62,901 nucleotides of DNA. Source: Oxalobacter formigenes. GTDB lineage: Bacteria > Pseudomonadota > Gammaproteobacteria > Burkholderiales > Burkholderiaceae_D. Where the stretch lies: NCBI GenBank assembly GCA_949290765.1, contig CASETG010000017.1, positions 1 through 62,901 of the forward strand, in the 5' to 3' direction. This document shows, piece by piece, positions 11,502 to 29,408 of this stretch. The position numbers and the translations under genes were made by a program. The notes under the pieces were generated by a model that worked only from the letters and a program-made list of their open reading frames with translations, was not told the DNA's origin and made no database searches. Positions within the stretch are counted from its first letter, which is position 1. The number at the start of each line of letters is the position of its first letter.

Positions 11502-12839
11502 ATGAAACCTGTTATCGCTTTGGTGGGCCGTCCCAATGTCGGCAAATCCACGCTGTTCAACCGGCTGACGCGCTCGAGGGCAGCGCTGGTCGCCGATTAT
11601 CCAGGTCTGACCCGTGACCGTCACTATGGTGAGGGAAGAATGGGGGACAGGCCTTTTCTGGTTATCGATACCGGCGGCTTCGAGCCGGTCGTCAAGGAAG
11701 GTGTTTTGCAGGAAATGGCAAAACAGACGAAGCAGGCGGTCGCGGAAGCCGATGTCGTGGTCTTCATCGTGGATGGACGCCAGGGTATCACGCCGCATGA
11801 CAAGACCATTACCGATTACCTGCGCAGATGCGGACGTCCCGTCATACTGGCGGTCAACAAGGCCGAGGGAATGAAATATACGGCAGTCGTCGCCGATTTC
11901 TATGAACTGGGGATGGGCGACCCGCTGGTGATTTCGTCCGCGCATGGCGACGGTGTCTATACGCTGCTTGACGAGGCATTGAAAAGAGTGCCTGAAACCG
12001 CGTCTGAACCGGATGATGAGGCGCAAGAGGAACAGTCGTCCATACGGCTGGCGATCGTCGGGCGTCCCAATGTCGGCAAGTCGACCATGATCAATGCGCT
12101 TCTCGGTGAAGAGCGGGTCATCGCTTTCGATTTGCCGGGAACGACGCGCGATGCCATTGAAATTCCTTTCGAACGCGATGGAAAACACTATACGCTGGTC
12201 GATACGGCGGGACTCAGAAAACGCGGGAAAGTTTTTCAGGCGGTCGAGAAATTTTCTGTCGTCAAAACCCTGCAGGCCATCTCGGAAGCGAATGTCGTGT
12301 TGCTGCTTCTCGATGCGCGGCAGGATATCTCCGAGCAGGACGCACATATCGCCGGATTCGTGCTGGAAAGCGGTCGCGCGCTGGTCGTCGGCATCAACAA
12401 GTGGGACGGCCTCTCGCAGGACAAGCGCAAGGAAATCCGTTCGGAAGTCGAACGCAAGCTCCATTTTCTTTCTTTCGCCAGGTTCCATTATGTTTCTGCA
12501 TTGAAGGCGACCGGCATCGCTTCGCTGATGCGTTCTGTCGACGCCGCCTATGCGGCCGCCATGGCGAAATTGCCGACGCCCAGATTGACAAGGGTTCTGG
12601 AAGAAGCGGTCGCTCACCAACAGCCGCCGCGCCGCCAGGGTTCCATCAGGCCAAAATTGCGTTACGCACACCAGGGCGGACAGAATCCGCCGGTAATCGT
12701 GATTCATGGCAACAGTCTGGAAAATATCGGTGACGATTACAGGCGTTATCTGGAAAAGCATTTTCGCGATGCTTTCTCACTGGTGGGTACGCCTTTGCGC
12801 ATAGAATTCCGCTCCGGAAAGAATCCGTTTGCAAAATAA
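11502..12839 (+). CDS. der: Ribosome biogenesis GTPase Der (EngA)
   Basis: Two GRPNVGKS P-loops and a C-terminal KH-like domain. Confidence 0.98.
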   Translation: MKPVIALVGRPNVGKSTLFNRLTRSRAALVADYPGLTRDRHYGEGRMGDRPFLVIDTGGFEPVVKEGVLQEMAKQTKQAVAEADVVVFIVDGRQGITPHDKTITDYLRRCGRPVILAVNKAEGMKYTAVVADFYELGMGDPLVISSAHGDGVYTLLDEALKRVPETASEPDDEAQEEQSSIRLAIVGRPNVGKSTMINALLGEERVIAFDLPGTTRDAIEIPFERDGKHYTLVDTAGLRKRGKVFQAVEKFSVVKTLQAISEANVVLLLLDARQDISEQDAHIAGFVLESGRALVVGINKWDGLSQDKRKEIRSEVERKLHFLSFARFHYVSALKATGIASLMRSVDAAYAAAMAKLPTPRLTRVLEEAVAHQQPPRRQGSIRPKLRYAHQGGQNPPVIVIHGNSLENIGDDYRRYLEKHFRDAFSLVGTPLRIEFRSGKNPFAK

Positions 12840-12983
12840 TCGGCTTCTGCATGGCACAGACCATAATTTCGGGAAGCAAATAGGGTATAGTTGACCTGTT
12901 TCGATGAATGGTTTTATTTGCGGCACAACGGGCCGTATTCAGTCTCCAATATCCAACAACAATTATTATTCATGGAGTCAATA

Positions 12984-13223
12984 ATGAGTGCGAACAAGGG
13001 ACAGATGTTGCAGGATCCTTTTTTGAATATCCTGCGCAAGGAGCGCATTCCTGTTTCCATTTACCTGATAAACGGCATCAAGTTGCAGGGGCAGGTCGAA
13101 TCGTTCGACCAGTATGTCGTCCTGTTGCGCAACAGTGTGACGCAAATGGTTTACAAACATGCCATTTCGACGGTGGTGCCGTCTCGTGCGATCAGTCTGG
13201 GGACGGATGAGGAAAATGCCTGA
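12984..13223 (+). CDS. hfq: RNA chaperone Hfq
   Basis: [26 protein letters not shown]; start moved to ATG with GGAG RBS. Confidence 0.98.
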   Translation: MSANKGQMLQDPFLNILRKERIPVSIYLINGIKLQGQVESFDQYVVLLRNSVTQMVYKHAISTVVPSRAISLGTDEENA

Positions 13224-13249
13224 TCTTTCCATGAAAGCGGGTTGCTGAC

Positions 13250-14389
13250 ATGACGAAAGCCATTCTTGTCGGCGTCGATTTCGGAAAAGGCGACCACGCC
13301 GGAAGCCTTGAGGAACTGACACTTCTGGCACGGTCGGCAGGTGCGGAACCCGTCTTTGCCGTGACAGGCAAGCGTTCCAGTCCGGATGCCGCGTTTTATA
13401 TCGGCAGCGGCAAAGTCGACGAAGTGGTGCAAGCCATTCATCTGTATGGTGCCGAACTGGTGATTTTCAATCATGCGCTTTCGCCGGCGCAACAGCGCAA
13501 TCTGGAAAAACGCCTGCATGTCAACGTGGTCGACAGAACCAGCCTGATTCTCGACATTTTCGCGCAACGTGCGAAAAGCCATGAGGGCAAGGTACAGGTG
13601 GAGCTCGCGCAGCTCCAGCACCTGATGACCCGTCTGGTTAGGGGATGGACTCACCTGGAAAGGCAAAAAGGCGGTATCGGCTTGCGCGGACCTGGTGAAA
13701 CGCAGCTTGAAACGGACCGACGCCTGATCGGCGAACGGGTTCGCATGCTCAGGACGCGTCTGTCGAAATTGCAGCGGCAACGGGAGACGCAACGGCGCTC
13801 GCGCAACAGGAACCAGATATTTTCGGTGTCGCTGGTCGGCTATACCAACGCCGGCAAGTCAACGCTGTTCAATACGATGACGAAAGCGGGTACTTACGCC
13901 GCAGACCAGCTTTTCGCGACGCTGGATACGACATCCAGACGTATTTATCTGGAAAATGTCGGCAACGTGGTGATATCCGATACTGTCGGTTTCATCCGCG
14001 AATTGCCGCACCAGCTGGTCGCGGCATTCAGGGCTACGCTGGAAGAAACCATTCATGCCGATCTTTTGCTACACGTGGTGGACGCCGGCAATCCCATGCG
14101 CAATGAGCAGATCGAACAGGTCAATCTTGTACTGGAAGAAATCGGTGCGGACCGGATTCCGCAACTGCTCGTCTGGAACAAGATCGATGTGGCTGGCTTA
14201 AAACCGGGTATCGAGCGGGATGAGTATGGTAAAATCAGACGCGTCTTTGCCAGCGCGAGAACCGGTGAAGGGCTGGATTTGTTGCGAGAAGCCATCGCCG
14301 AGTATGCCAAAGACGAAAAAGACGCCCGTTCAGGTGATATGGATGAAAGAAACAGACCTGACAATCATTCCGATATTGCCAGTATTTGA
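13250..14389 (+). CDS. hflX: GTPase HflX
   Basis: GPGETQLETDRR, GYTNAGKS, DTVGF and NKID motifs. Confidence 0.97.
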   Translation: MTKAILVGVDFGKGDHAGSLEELTLLARSAGAEPVFAVTGKRSSPDAAFYIGSGKVDEVVQAIHLYGAELVIFNHALSPAQQRNLEKRLHVNVVDRTSLILDIFAQRAKSHEGKVQVELAQLQHLMTRLVRGWTHLERQKGGIGLRGPGETQLETDRRLIGERVRMLRTRLSKLQRQRETQRRSRNRNQIFSVSLVGYTNAGKSTLFNTMTKAGTYAADQLFATLDTTSRRIYLENVGNVVISDTVGFIRELPHQLVAAFRATLEETIHADLLLHVVDAGNPMRNEQIEQVNLVLEEIGADRIPQLLVWNKIDVAGLKPGIERDEYGKIRRVFASARTGEGLDLLREAIAEYAKDEKDARSGDMDERNRPDNHSDIASI

Positions 14390-14415
14390 TTTGAACCATT
14401 TCACATAGTGTAAGC

Positions 14416-15666
14416 ATGCAGCCTTCACCATCATCCGATTTGCATAAACCGGAGCCGTTTCGTGACGATCTGTTTGGACATGGGCAGGGATTCGGTGACG
14501 AGAAACCACCTGATGTCGAAAAGATGTGGAAGGATTTCAACCGCAAGTTGAACAATCTTTTCAAATGGAGAAAAAAACGTAACAGGCAAGAAGACAGGGA
14601 GCCGGACGATGATCCTTACAATGACAGGGATGCACGTCCCCGTGCGCTCAAGATCGCTTGTTGCCTGATTCTTTTCATCGCGCTCGTTTTCTGGGCAGGT
14701 ACCGGTTTTTATTCCGTGCAGGAAGGCCAGACGGGTGTGGTCATGACGTTCGGTCGTTTCAGCGGATTTACGTCATCCGGTATCAACTGGCGCATGCCAT
14801 GGCCGATACAAAGCCATGAGGTCGTCAATGTCTCGCAAGTGCGTACCGTCGAGGTCGGGTATCGCAACAATTTGCGCAACAAGCAGCTCAACGAGGCGTT
14901 GATGCTGACGAATGACGAAAATATCGTCGATATCCAGTTTGCCGTCCAGTACAGGCTGAAGAATGCGGCGGACTGGGTGTTCAACAATCGCGACCAGGAA
15001 GATATGGTCAGGCAGGTGGCCGAAGCAGCCATTCGTGAAGTCGTCGGACGCAAGAAGATGGATTTCGTCCTGTATGAAGGACGTGACCAGATCGCGGCGG
15101 AAGCGCAGCAAATCATGCAGCAGATTTTCGACCAGTACCGCTCAGGTGTGATGGTCACGAATGTGACCATGCAGGGTGTGCAGCCGCCCGAACAGGTACA
15201 GGCCGCCTTCGACGACGCAGTCAAGGCAGGGCAGGATCGTGAACGCCTGAAAAACGAGGGGCAGGCCTATGCCAACGATGTGATACCGAAGGCGAAGGGT
15301 GCGGCCGCACGTCTGAAAGAAGAGGCCGAGGCATACCGGCAGAAAGTAATCGCCAATGCCGAAGGCGATGCATCGCGCTTCAAACAGATCGTCGAGGAAT
15401 ACCAGAAAGCGCCGGCTGTCACACGTGACAGAATGTATCTGGAAACGATGCAGCAGATTTTCGCCAATACGACAAAACTCATGATCGACACTCGCGCGGG
15501 AAACAATTTGTTGTATCTGCCGCTGGACAAGCTGGTTTCTCAGACCGGTACGACTGATGCGGGTACGGATACGACGTCTTCCACGGTTTCGGAAAATGCA
15601 CCGTCATCGACCGGTTACAGCGAACGTGAGCGGGCACGCGATGACCGCTCAAGAGGAGGAAGATAA
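14416..15666 (+). CDS. hflK: FtsH protease modulator HflK
   Basis: PPD..MWKDFN N-terminus, TM helix, SPFH domain, AFDDAVKAGQD. Confidence 0.96.
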   Translation: MQPSPSSDLHKPEPFRDDLFGHGQGFGDEKPPDVEKMWKDFNRKLNNLFKWRKKRNRQEDREPDDDPYNDRDARPRALKIACCLILFIALVFWAGTGFYSVQEGQTGVVMTFGRFSGFTSSGINWRMPWPIQSHEVVNVSQVRTVEVGYRNNLRNKQLNEALMLTNDENIVDIQFAVQYRLKNAADWVFNNRDQEDMVRQVAEAAIREVVGRKKMDFVLYEGRDQIAAEAQQIMQQIFDQYRSGVMVTNVTMQGVQPPEQVQAAFDDAVKAGQDRERLKNEGQAYANDVIPKAKGAAARLKEEAEAYRQKVIANAEGDASRFKQIVEEYQKAPAVTRDRMYLETMQQIFANTTKLMIDTRAGNNLLYLPLDKLVSQTGTTDAGTDTTSSTVSENAPSSTGYSERERARDDRSRGGR

Positions 15667-16538
15667 TGAAGTATGTTATCGGCTTTTTCATTTTCGCCGT
15701 CATGGCGCTGACGGTTGGAACAGGTCTTTTCGTGGTGGATCAGCGGCAATACGCCATCGTTTTCGCCATGGGCGAAGTCAAGGAAATCATCGAGGAACCC
15801 GGCCTGTATTTCAAGTTGCCGGCGCCGTTCCAGAACGTGCTGTTTCTTGACAAGCGGATTTTGTCCACCGAAACCCACGAACCGGACAGAATCATCACGG
15901 CGGAAAAGATGAACATTCTGGTCAATTCGTATGTCAAGTGGCGCATTGTCGACCCGAAACTGTTTTATGTCAGTTTCGGCGGGGACGAGCAGCGCACACA
16001 GGACCGGATGGCGCAAATCGTCAAGGCGGCCCTGAACGATGAGATTACGAAACGTACCGTCAGCGAAGTCATTTCCGGCAATCGCGACGAAATGATGGCG
16101 GCAGTGAAGAACAAGATGGCACGCGAGACGGAACACATCGGTGTGGAAATCATCGACGTTCGCCTGAAACGGGTCGATTATGTCGAACAGATCAATCACT
16201 CCGTGTTCGAACGCATGAAATCTGAACGTACCCGTGTGGCCAATGAATTGCGCTCCATCGGGGAAGCCGAGTCGGAAAAGATCCGTGCGGATGCCGACAA
16301 GCAACGGACGGTCATTCTTGCGGAAGCGTTTCGTGATGCGGAAAAAATAAAAGGGGAGGGGGATGCCAGGGCTTCGCGTATTTATGCGAGTGCGTTTGCC
16401 AAAAATCCTGAATTCTATCGTTTTTACCGCAGTCTGGAAGCCTACAAGGAAAGTTTCAAAAACAGGAAAGATATTCTGGTCGTGGACCCGAGTTCCGAAT
16501 TTTTCCGTTACATGAAGCATCCGAAAGGGGCACAATAA
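15666..16538 (+). CDS. hflC: FtsH protease modulator HflC
   Basis: SPFH domain, RMKSER and FYRSLEAY motifs; TAATG overlap with hflK. Confidence 0.96.
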   Translation: MKYVIGFFIFAVMALTVGTGLFVVDQRQYAIVFAMGEVKEIIEEPGLYFKLPAPFQNVLFLDKRILSTETHEPDRIITAEKMNILVNSYVKWRIVDPKLFYVSFGGDEQRTQDRMAQIVKAALNDEITKRTVSEVISGNRDEMMAAVKNKMARETEHIGVEIIDVRLKRVDYVEQINHSVFERMKSERTRVANELRSIGEAESEKIRADADKQRTVILAEAFRDAEKIKGEGDARASRIYASAFAKNPEFYRFYRSLEAYKESFKNRKDILVVDPSSEFFRYMKHPKGAQ

Positions 16539-16600
16539 TCTTTTTTGCGTATAAAGCACCTCTTTGTATTATCATTAAAGTTTTTTGCTGAATGTGAATC

Positions 16601-19074
<2,474 letters not shown>

Positions 19075-19087
19075 TGCGAGCGGGAAT

Positions 19088-19116
19088 AAAAAAGCCGGCA
19101 TTTGCCGGCTTTTTTT
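19088..19116. terminator. Bidirectional intrinsic terminator between purA and pbpG
   Basis: AAAAAAGCCGGCA-TT-TGCCGGCTTTTTT inverted repeat with A and T tails, between convergent genes. Confidence 0.88.
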
Positions 19117-19128
19117 CGGGTAAACAGG

Positions 19129-20265
19129 TCAGACGTTCGGCTCCAGCCGGATGGAATCGGGATGGGTCAGCCAGTTGTGGATACGTTGCGCATCGGCAAT
19201 GCGTGCGCCCTTGCCCTTGGAATCCAGAAAAACCATGACGATAGGACGTCCCTGGATAATGGCTTGCATGACCAGACATTGTCCTGCCTCGGAAATATAA
19301 CCGGTTTTTTGCAGACGGATGTGCCAGTTCGGATTGTGTACCAGTCCGTTGGTATTGCCATAGTGCATTTCGTGCATGCCATCATCGACGGAATAGTATG
19401 TATCGGTCGAATATTGTCTGAGGATCGGATGCTGTGCTGCAGCCATGACGAGTTTCGCCAGATCGCGTGCGCTGGCCATATTGCCGCTGGAAAGTCCGCT
19501 GGAATCAACGTACTGTGAATCCGACATGCCGAGCATTTGCGCCTTGATGTTCATGGCTTCGACGAACGCAGGCAAGCCGCCCGGATAGTTTCGACCAAGC
19601 GCGGCCGCAGCGCGATTTTCCGAGCTCATCAACGCAAGATGCAACAGGTTGCCGCGTGTCATCCGGGTTCCGACCTTCAGGCGCGAGCTGGTGAATTTCT
19701 TCGTATCGACATCGTCTTCCGTGATTTCAAGCACTTCATTCATGTCCTGCATCGATTCGACAACGACCAGACCTGTCATCAGTTTGGTGATAGATGCCAT
19801 CGGCAGGGCGATATTGCCGTTCTTCTCGAACAGGATTTCCAGATTCGATTCATCCAGAACCAGCGCGGCATTGGATTTCAGGGATAATGGGTCGTAGGTG
19901 TTTTTGAGACCTGCCAGGTCACCGAAAGAATATCTTGGAACGACCGGTGCGGCACGTTTGAAGGAGACCTTCCGGTAAGCCATCCGGTTTTTGCCACGCA
20001 AGGCACGTCTGTTCAGCGAAGCCAGTTGTTTTGCGTTGCTGCGGTTGTTCCGGGCGGAGACGATGCGGGCTTTGGTGTTTTTCGGCTGGACGGTATTTTT
20101 ACGCGCCACAGGCGTCTTGCGGTCGCTCTTGCGCTGCGGCGCGGTTTTTGCAGCCGCTTTTCGTGCTGGGGGCTTTGTTGTCTTTTTGGGAGCGGCCAGC
20201 CCGGAGGTGGCAGTGAAAACGCACAAGATGATCAGTGACAATAATCCGCTTATGATTTTGTGCAT
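19129..20265 (-). CDS. pbpG: D-alanyl-D-alanine endopeptidase (PBP7, peptidase S11)
   Basis: SITK, SEN and KTG motifs; signal peptide followed by a K/A/R-rich linker. Confidence 0.9.
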   Translation of the reverse strand: MHKIISGLLSLIILCVFTATSGLAAPKKTTKPPARKAAAKTAPQRKSDRKTPVARKNTVQPKNTKARIVSARNNRSNAKQLASLNRRALRGKNRMAYRKVSFKRAAPVVPRYSFGDLAGLKNTYDPLSLKSNAALVLDESNLEILFEKNGNIALPMASITKLMTGLVVVESMQDMNEVLEITEDDVDTKKFTSSRLKVGTRMTRGNLLHLALMSSENRAAAALGRNYPGGLPAFVEAMNIKAQMLGMSDSQYVDSSGLSSGNMASARDLAKLVMAAAQHPILRQYSTDTYYSVDDGMHEMHYGNTNGLVHNPNWHIRLQKTGYISEAGQCLVMQAIIQGRPIVMVFLDSKGKGARIADAQRIHNWLTHPDSIRLEPNV

Positions 20266-20503
20266 GATAACGCTCCTGTAAACAAGGGCTTCAGTATACC
20301 GAAAAAGTCGGTCTGCAAGAATGCAAAAAATGTAAAAAAACTGAGAAATGGCAAGCAGTTACCGACAAGAGTTGTTTTTTTACATGTAGACCGGTGAAAC
20401 GGTCGGCCAATGGATAACGGTTCGGATGACGGTTTGCGTGAACGCCGCTTTTTACGGATGTCGGATGTTATGATTATGACTTTATGGAAGGGTCTTTTAT
20501 CCG

Positions 20504-23500
20504 GTGCGTTTAACATCGATCAAATTGTCGGGTTTCAAATCGTTCGTCGAGCCAACGGTGATCCGGATCAACGGGCAGCGGATCGGTGTGGTGGGGCCGA
20601 ACGGATGCGGCAAATCGAATATCATCGATGCGGTACGCTGGGTGCTTGGTGAATCGCGGGCATCCGAATTGCGTGGCGAATCGATGAAAGATGTGATTTT
20701 CAACGGAACGACACAACGCAAACCGGCAGGGAGAGCATCTGTCGAACTGGTCTTCGACAATAGCGATGGTCGAGTGGCCGGTCAATGGGGACAGTATAAC
20801 GAGCTGGCTGTCAAGCGCATTCTGACTCGTGAGGGTGGTTCGACCTATTACATCAACAATTTGCCGGTACGTCGCCGTGATGTACAGGATATCTTTCTGG
20901 GAACAGGTCTCGGGCCGAGAGCCTATGCGATTATCGGCCAGGGTATGATCGCACGCATTATCGAGGCCAGACCGGATGAATTGCGTGTTTTTCTGGAAGA
21001 AGCGGCCGGTGTTTCGAAATATCGCGAAAGACGTCGCGAAACGGAAAACAGGCTTTCCGATACTCGTGAGAACCTGAGTCGCGTATCCGATATTTTGCAC
21101 GAACTGGAGCAGAATCTGGACAAATTGCGACTCCAGGCGGATTTGGCGATGCAATACCATAACCTTATGTCGGCTAAAAAACGGCAACAGGAATGGTTGT
21201 GGCTGATGCAAAAACAGGCCGGTGTGCGTGAACAGGCGGAACTGGCGCAGGAAATCGCTCAGGCGCAAACGAAGCTGGAAGCCATGACGACAGAGCTGTT
21301 CAAGCGCGAAGGGGAGCTGGAAAAGATTCGGGAAGCGCATGATGTGGCGAACCGTGATGTGCATGTCGCGCAGGGAGCGCTTTATGAGACCAATGCCGGG
21401 ATCGGCAGTATCGAAGCGCAAATCCGGTATGTGCAGGAAACGAAAAAGCGTTTGCAGACGCAGCTGTTGTCGTACCGTAACCAGAAAGACCAGTGGGCAG
21501 GGCAGATCGTATCGTTTTCTGATGAACTGGCGGTTGTGAAAGAACAGATCTCCGAGGCGAGTCTCAATGAAGAGGCGGCACGTGAATACCTGCTGTCGCG
21601 CGAACAGGAATTGCCTCAGGCTGAGGAGGCTGTCAGCGTGGTGCGTGAGCAAGCGCATGATATTCGTGAGCATATCGTGCAGATACGCCAACAGATAGCC
21701 GTTTCTTCGGCGGAACACAAAAATCTGCATGATGCCGTGCAGGATTGCAAGGTACGACAGGAAAAACTGTTGCATCAGCGAAAACAGATGGTCCGGCCGA
21801 ATCTGGATGAACTGACGGTGTGGCGTGAAGAACTGGCTGAACTGGAATACCGGCTTGAGGAAATGCGTGGGAACATGGAATTGGTCAGGGCACGTATTCC
21901 CGAGCTGGAAAAACAGTACCAGAACAGGCGTGAACAGTTGAATGCGTGTCATGCACGGCGCATGCAGGGACAGGCGCGTCTGGATGCATTGAAACAGTTG
22001 CAGGAAAAAACGCAGTCGGGTGGAAAGTGGCATGAATGGCTGGAAAAACAGGGGCTTGCAGGATTCGCGCCCTTGTGGCAGTCAGTCGATATCGAGGCAG
22101 GCTGGGAAACGGCGCTTGAAGTGGTCCTGGCGGAAAGAATGCGTGCGCTGGAAATTTCATCGCTTGAACGGGCGGCGCCGTTTGCAGATGAAACCATGCC
22201 AGCAAAAGTCTGCTTTTTCTCGGTCACGCAGGAAAACGATGCCGCCAAAGCGAAAGAAAGCGAGTGTGACTTGCCTCTGCTGGCCGGGAAGCTGCGCTGT
22301 GACAAACTGTCGGTTTCGCAGGTGTTGCGGTACTGGCTTTCCAGTGTGTATGCAGCGAACAATCAGGAAGAAGCGTTGCGGCACAGGGATACCTTGCCGG
22401 ATGGCGCTTGCATCGTGGTGCCGGCAGGTCACCTTACGGACAGATACAGTATCAGGTTTTTCGCGGCCGAATCAGAACTGGATGGCGTATTCGCCCGGCA
22501 GCAGGAAATCGGGCGTCTGGAGCGTGCGCAACAGGAACTGGATGCCGTGCTCGTCGATGCCGAACGGCAATGTCGTCATGCCGGGGCGGACATTGAAGAA
22601 GCCAGGGCACAGCTCGGCGAGTTGCAGGATGGGATGGTTTCGCTCAATGAGCGCATACATGACAGCAAGCTGGCTATTCTGAAACGGGAAGAAGCCGCCA
22701 GGTTGTACCATGAGCAATCGGAGCGGTTAGAAGCCGACTTGTCCGAATTGCTGGAATGGATGCATGACAGGGAAGCGTCTTTGTCCGAAGAGGAAAAAAG
22801 GCTTGAAGAACTGGATGCACATCTGGCACAGTGGCAGGAACGTGAAGTCATGATTCGTGACCGGGTGGTCGCCGAAGAAGAAAATCTTGGCCGTTTGCAG
22901 GAAGCGATACGGCAGGCCGAACGCAAGGTGCAGCAAAGCGGGTTCGAGCGTGAATCGCTTGCCAGCAGGATAGCCGAACTTCAGCGCCAAATCGGAGCGG
23001 CGGAAAGTCAGGTAGAAAGGATTGCCGCAGAACTGGGGCAAGGTCAGCTTGAATTGCAGGAACTGGATGACGGGGAGGCACAGGATAATCTTCAGAAACT
23101 CCTGGACAGACGTATCTCGCAGGAAACGTCGTTGACCGAAGCCAGGGCACATCTGGATGAGCTGGCGCAAACGTTGCGGAATTTGCTGGAACAGAGGTTG
23201 CAGCTGGAAAGAAGTTTGCAACCGCAACGGGATAAAATAGTCGCATTGCAGCTCAGGGAGCAGGCGGCGCGGCTCAATATCGGACAATATGAGCAGAAAC
23301 TGGCCGAAGCCGGCGCCGATGCAGGGGAGCTGGCGCGCACGATGCCGCCACATGCGAAAATACAGTCCATGCAGGCAGAGATCGGCCGGTTGTCTGCGGC
23401 GATTGAGAAATTGGGGGCCGTCAATCTGGGGGCGGCTATCGAGCTGGAAGAAGGAGAAAAAAGGCGGCGCTATCTTCAGGAGCAGTTTCAGGACTTGAGC

Positions 23501-24033
23501 GATGCCATCGTGACGCTTGAAGACGCCATCAGACGAATCGACAGGGAAACGCGCACGTTGCTCAAAAATACCTTCGATAAGGTCAATGAGTCGTTCAGGG
23601 CGCTTTTTGCGATGCTGTTCGGTGGCGGGAACGCGCAGTTGCTGATGACGGGAAACGAGATTCTGGATGCAGGCGTACAGATCATGGCGCAGCCGCCCGG
23701 CAAAAAAAATACCACAATTCACCTGTTATCCGGTGGAGAAAAAGCCCTAACCGCGATAGCATTAGTCTTTTCGTTATTTCAGCTGAATCCGGCGCCTTTT
23801 TGTCTGCTTGATGAGGTGGATGCACCGCTGGATGATGCCAATACGGAGCGTTTCGGCAATATGGTGAATACCATGTCGCGTCAGACCCAGTTCCTGTTCA
23901 TCTCGCATAACAGAATCGCTATGGAGATGGCAGAAGAACTGGTCGGTGTGACGATGCAGGAACAGGGCGTCTCAAGGATAGTGACAGTGGATATCCAGGA
24001 TGCGGCGAAATTTTCAAATGAGGTCTTAAAAGC

Positions 24034-24037
<4 letters not shown>
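20504..24037 (+). CDS. smc: Chromosome segregation protein SMC
   Basis: GFKSF, Walker A GPNGCGKS, coiled coils and hinge, LSGGEK signature, LLDEVD Walker B. Confidence 0.97.
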
Positions 24038-28071
<4,034 letters not shown>

Positions 28072-28078
28072 ATATCCT

Positions 28079-28603
28079 ATGGCTGTACGAAAAATTCTGA
28101 AGATGGGGCATTCCCGTTTGTTAAGGGAATCCGAACCGGTTAAGACGTTCGACACACCGGAGCTCCACGATCTGATCGCCGATATGTTCGATACCATGCA
28201 TGCGGCGGATGGTGCGGGACTGGCCGCACCGCAGATCGGTGTACTCAAACGGGTGGTGATTTTCGGTTACGACGAGAATAACCGGTATCCTGATGCACCG
28301 CCGGTTCCCAAGACAGTACTCATCAATCCGGTCATGACGCCATTGACCGATGAATTCGACGAGGGATGGGAAGGATGTCTGTCCGTGCCGGGTATGCGAG
28401 GGGTTGTGCCGCGCTGGAAAAAAATCCGGTATGAGGGATTCGACCAGTTCGGCAACAAAATCAGTCGCGAGGCGGACGGTTTCCATGCACGGGTGGTCCA
28501 GCATGAATGCGATCATCTCGACGGTATTTTGTATCCGATGCGGATGCCCGATCTCGATTTGTTCGGCTTTTCGGAAGCCTTCGACGAAGACGAGGACGAG
28601 TGA
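28079..28603 (+). CDS. def: Peptide deformylase
   Basis: GLAAPQ, EGCLS and QHECDHLDG motifs; start moved to ATG 28079. Confidence 0.96.
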   Translation: MAVRKILKMGHSRLLRESEPVKTFDTPELHDLIADMFDTMHAADGAGLAAPQIGVLKRVVIFGYDENNRYPDAPPVPKTVLINPVMTPLTDEFDEGWEGCLSVPGMRGVVPRWKKIRYEGFDQFGNKISREADGFHARVVQHECDHLDGILYPMRMPDLDLFGFSEAFDEDEDE

Positions 28604-28642
28604 TTCCTTGCGGCCCGCGTCAGAAGAAACGGTTTTGCCGGA

Positions 28643-29389
28643 TCAGAACGTTTCGTCCGGACCGAGGTAACGCCACTGGCCGGGCGGGAGATTGCCCAGT
28701 CTGACCTTGCCGATACGTATTCGTTTCAGACCGACGACTTTCAGGCCGACCGCTTCGCACATCCTTCGGATTTGCCGTTTTTTGCCTTCGCGCAGGACGA
28801 AGCGCAACTGATCCTCGTTTTGCCAGTTCACCTTTGCCGGCATGAGCGGCTTGCCGTCGAGTTTCAGACCATGCCGCAAGCGTTCAAGGTCGCTATCGGG
28901 GAGGCGTCCAGGTTTCAGGTAGCGCACGCGAACCAGATATTCCTTGTCGGTAGTGGATTGTTCGCCGATCAGTTGTTTGGCAATACGGCCATCCTGTGTC
29001 AGAACGAGCAGACCTACGGAGTCGATATCGAGCCGTCCTGCCGGTACGAGATGCCGCAACTGTGATGGCCTGAGCTTTTCTTTCGACGGGTCGTCTTTCC
29101 AGTGAGTCGCCTCGGAAATCAGTGAAACGGCCGGTTTGTAACCGTCTTCGGCCTGTCCGCTGACATAGCCGACAGGTTTGTTGAGCAAAATCGTCACTTT
29201 GCCGGCCTGTTCACGGGAAGCTAGTTTGTCGACAGTGATTTTCTGCTCGGGCAGAACCTTGCTGCCCAGCTGCGAGACGATTTTTCCGTCAACCCTGACC
29301 CATCCCTTTTCAATCCATTCATCGGCTTCGCGTCTGGAGCAAAGTCCCAGTTCAGACATGCGTTTCGAGAGGCGGACAGGTTCATTCAT
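28643..29389 (-). CDS. RsuA/RluF-family rRNA pseudouridine synthase
   Basis: S4 domain (SRREAD), GRLD catalytic motif, [10 protein letters not shown]. Confidence 0.92.
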   Translation of the reverse strand: MNEPVRLSKRMSELGLCSRREADEWIEKGWVRVDGKIVSQLGSKVLPEQKITVDKLASREQAGKVTILLNKPVGYVSGQAEDGYKPAVSLISEATHWKDDPSKEKLRPSQLRHLVPAGRLDIDSVGLLVLTQDGRIAKQLIGEQSTTDKEYLVRVRYLKPGRLPDSDLERLRHGLKLDGKPLMPAKVNWQNEDQLRFVLREGKKRQIRRMCEAVGLKVVGLKRIRIGKVRLGNLPPGQWRYLGPDETF

Positions 29390-29408
29390 CGTTTTGGACC
29401 ATAACATA

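Noticed and set aside
11058-12761. 567-aa antisense ORF opposite der (similar ORFs at 20510-22033, 46318-47742, 48038-49567 and 57812-59083)
   Set aside because: Shadow ORFs lying opposite well-conserved genes, with no recognisable motifs; expected from codon bias.
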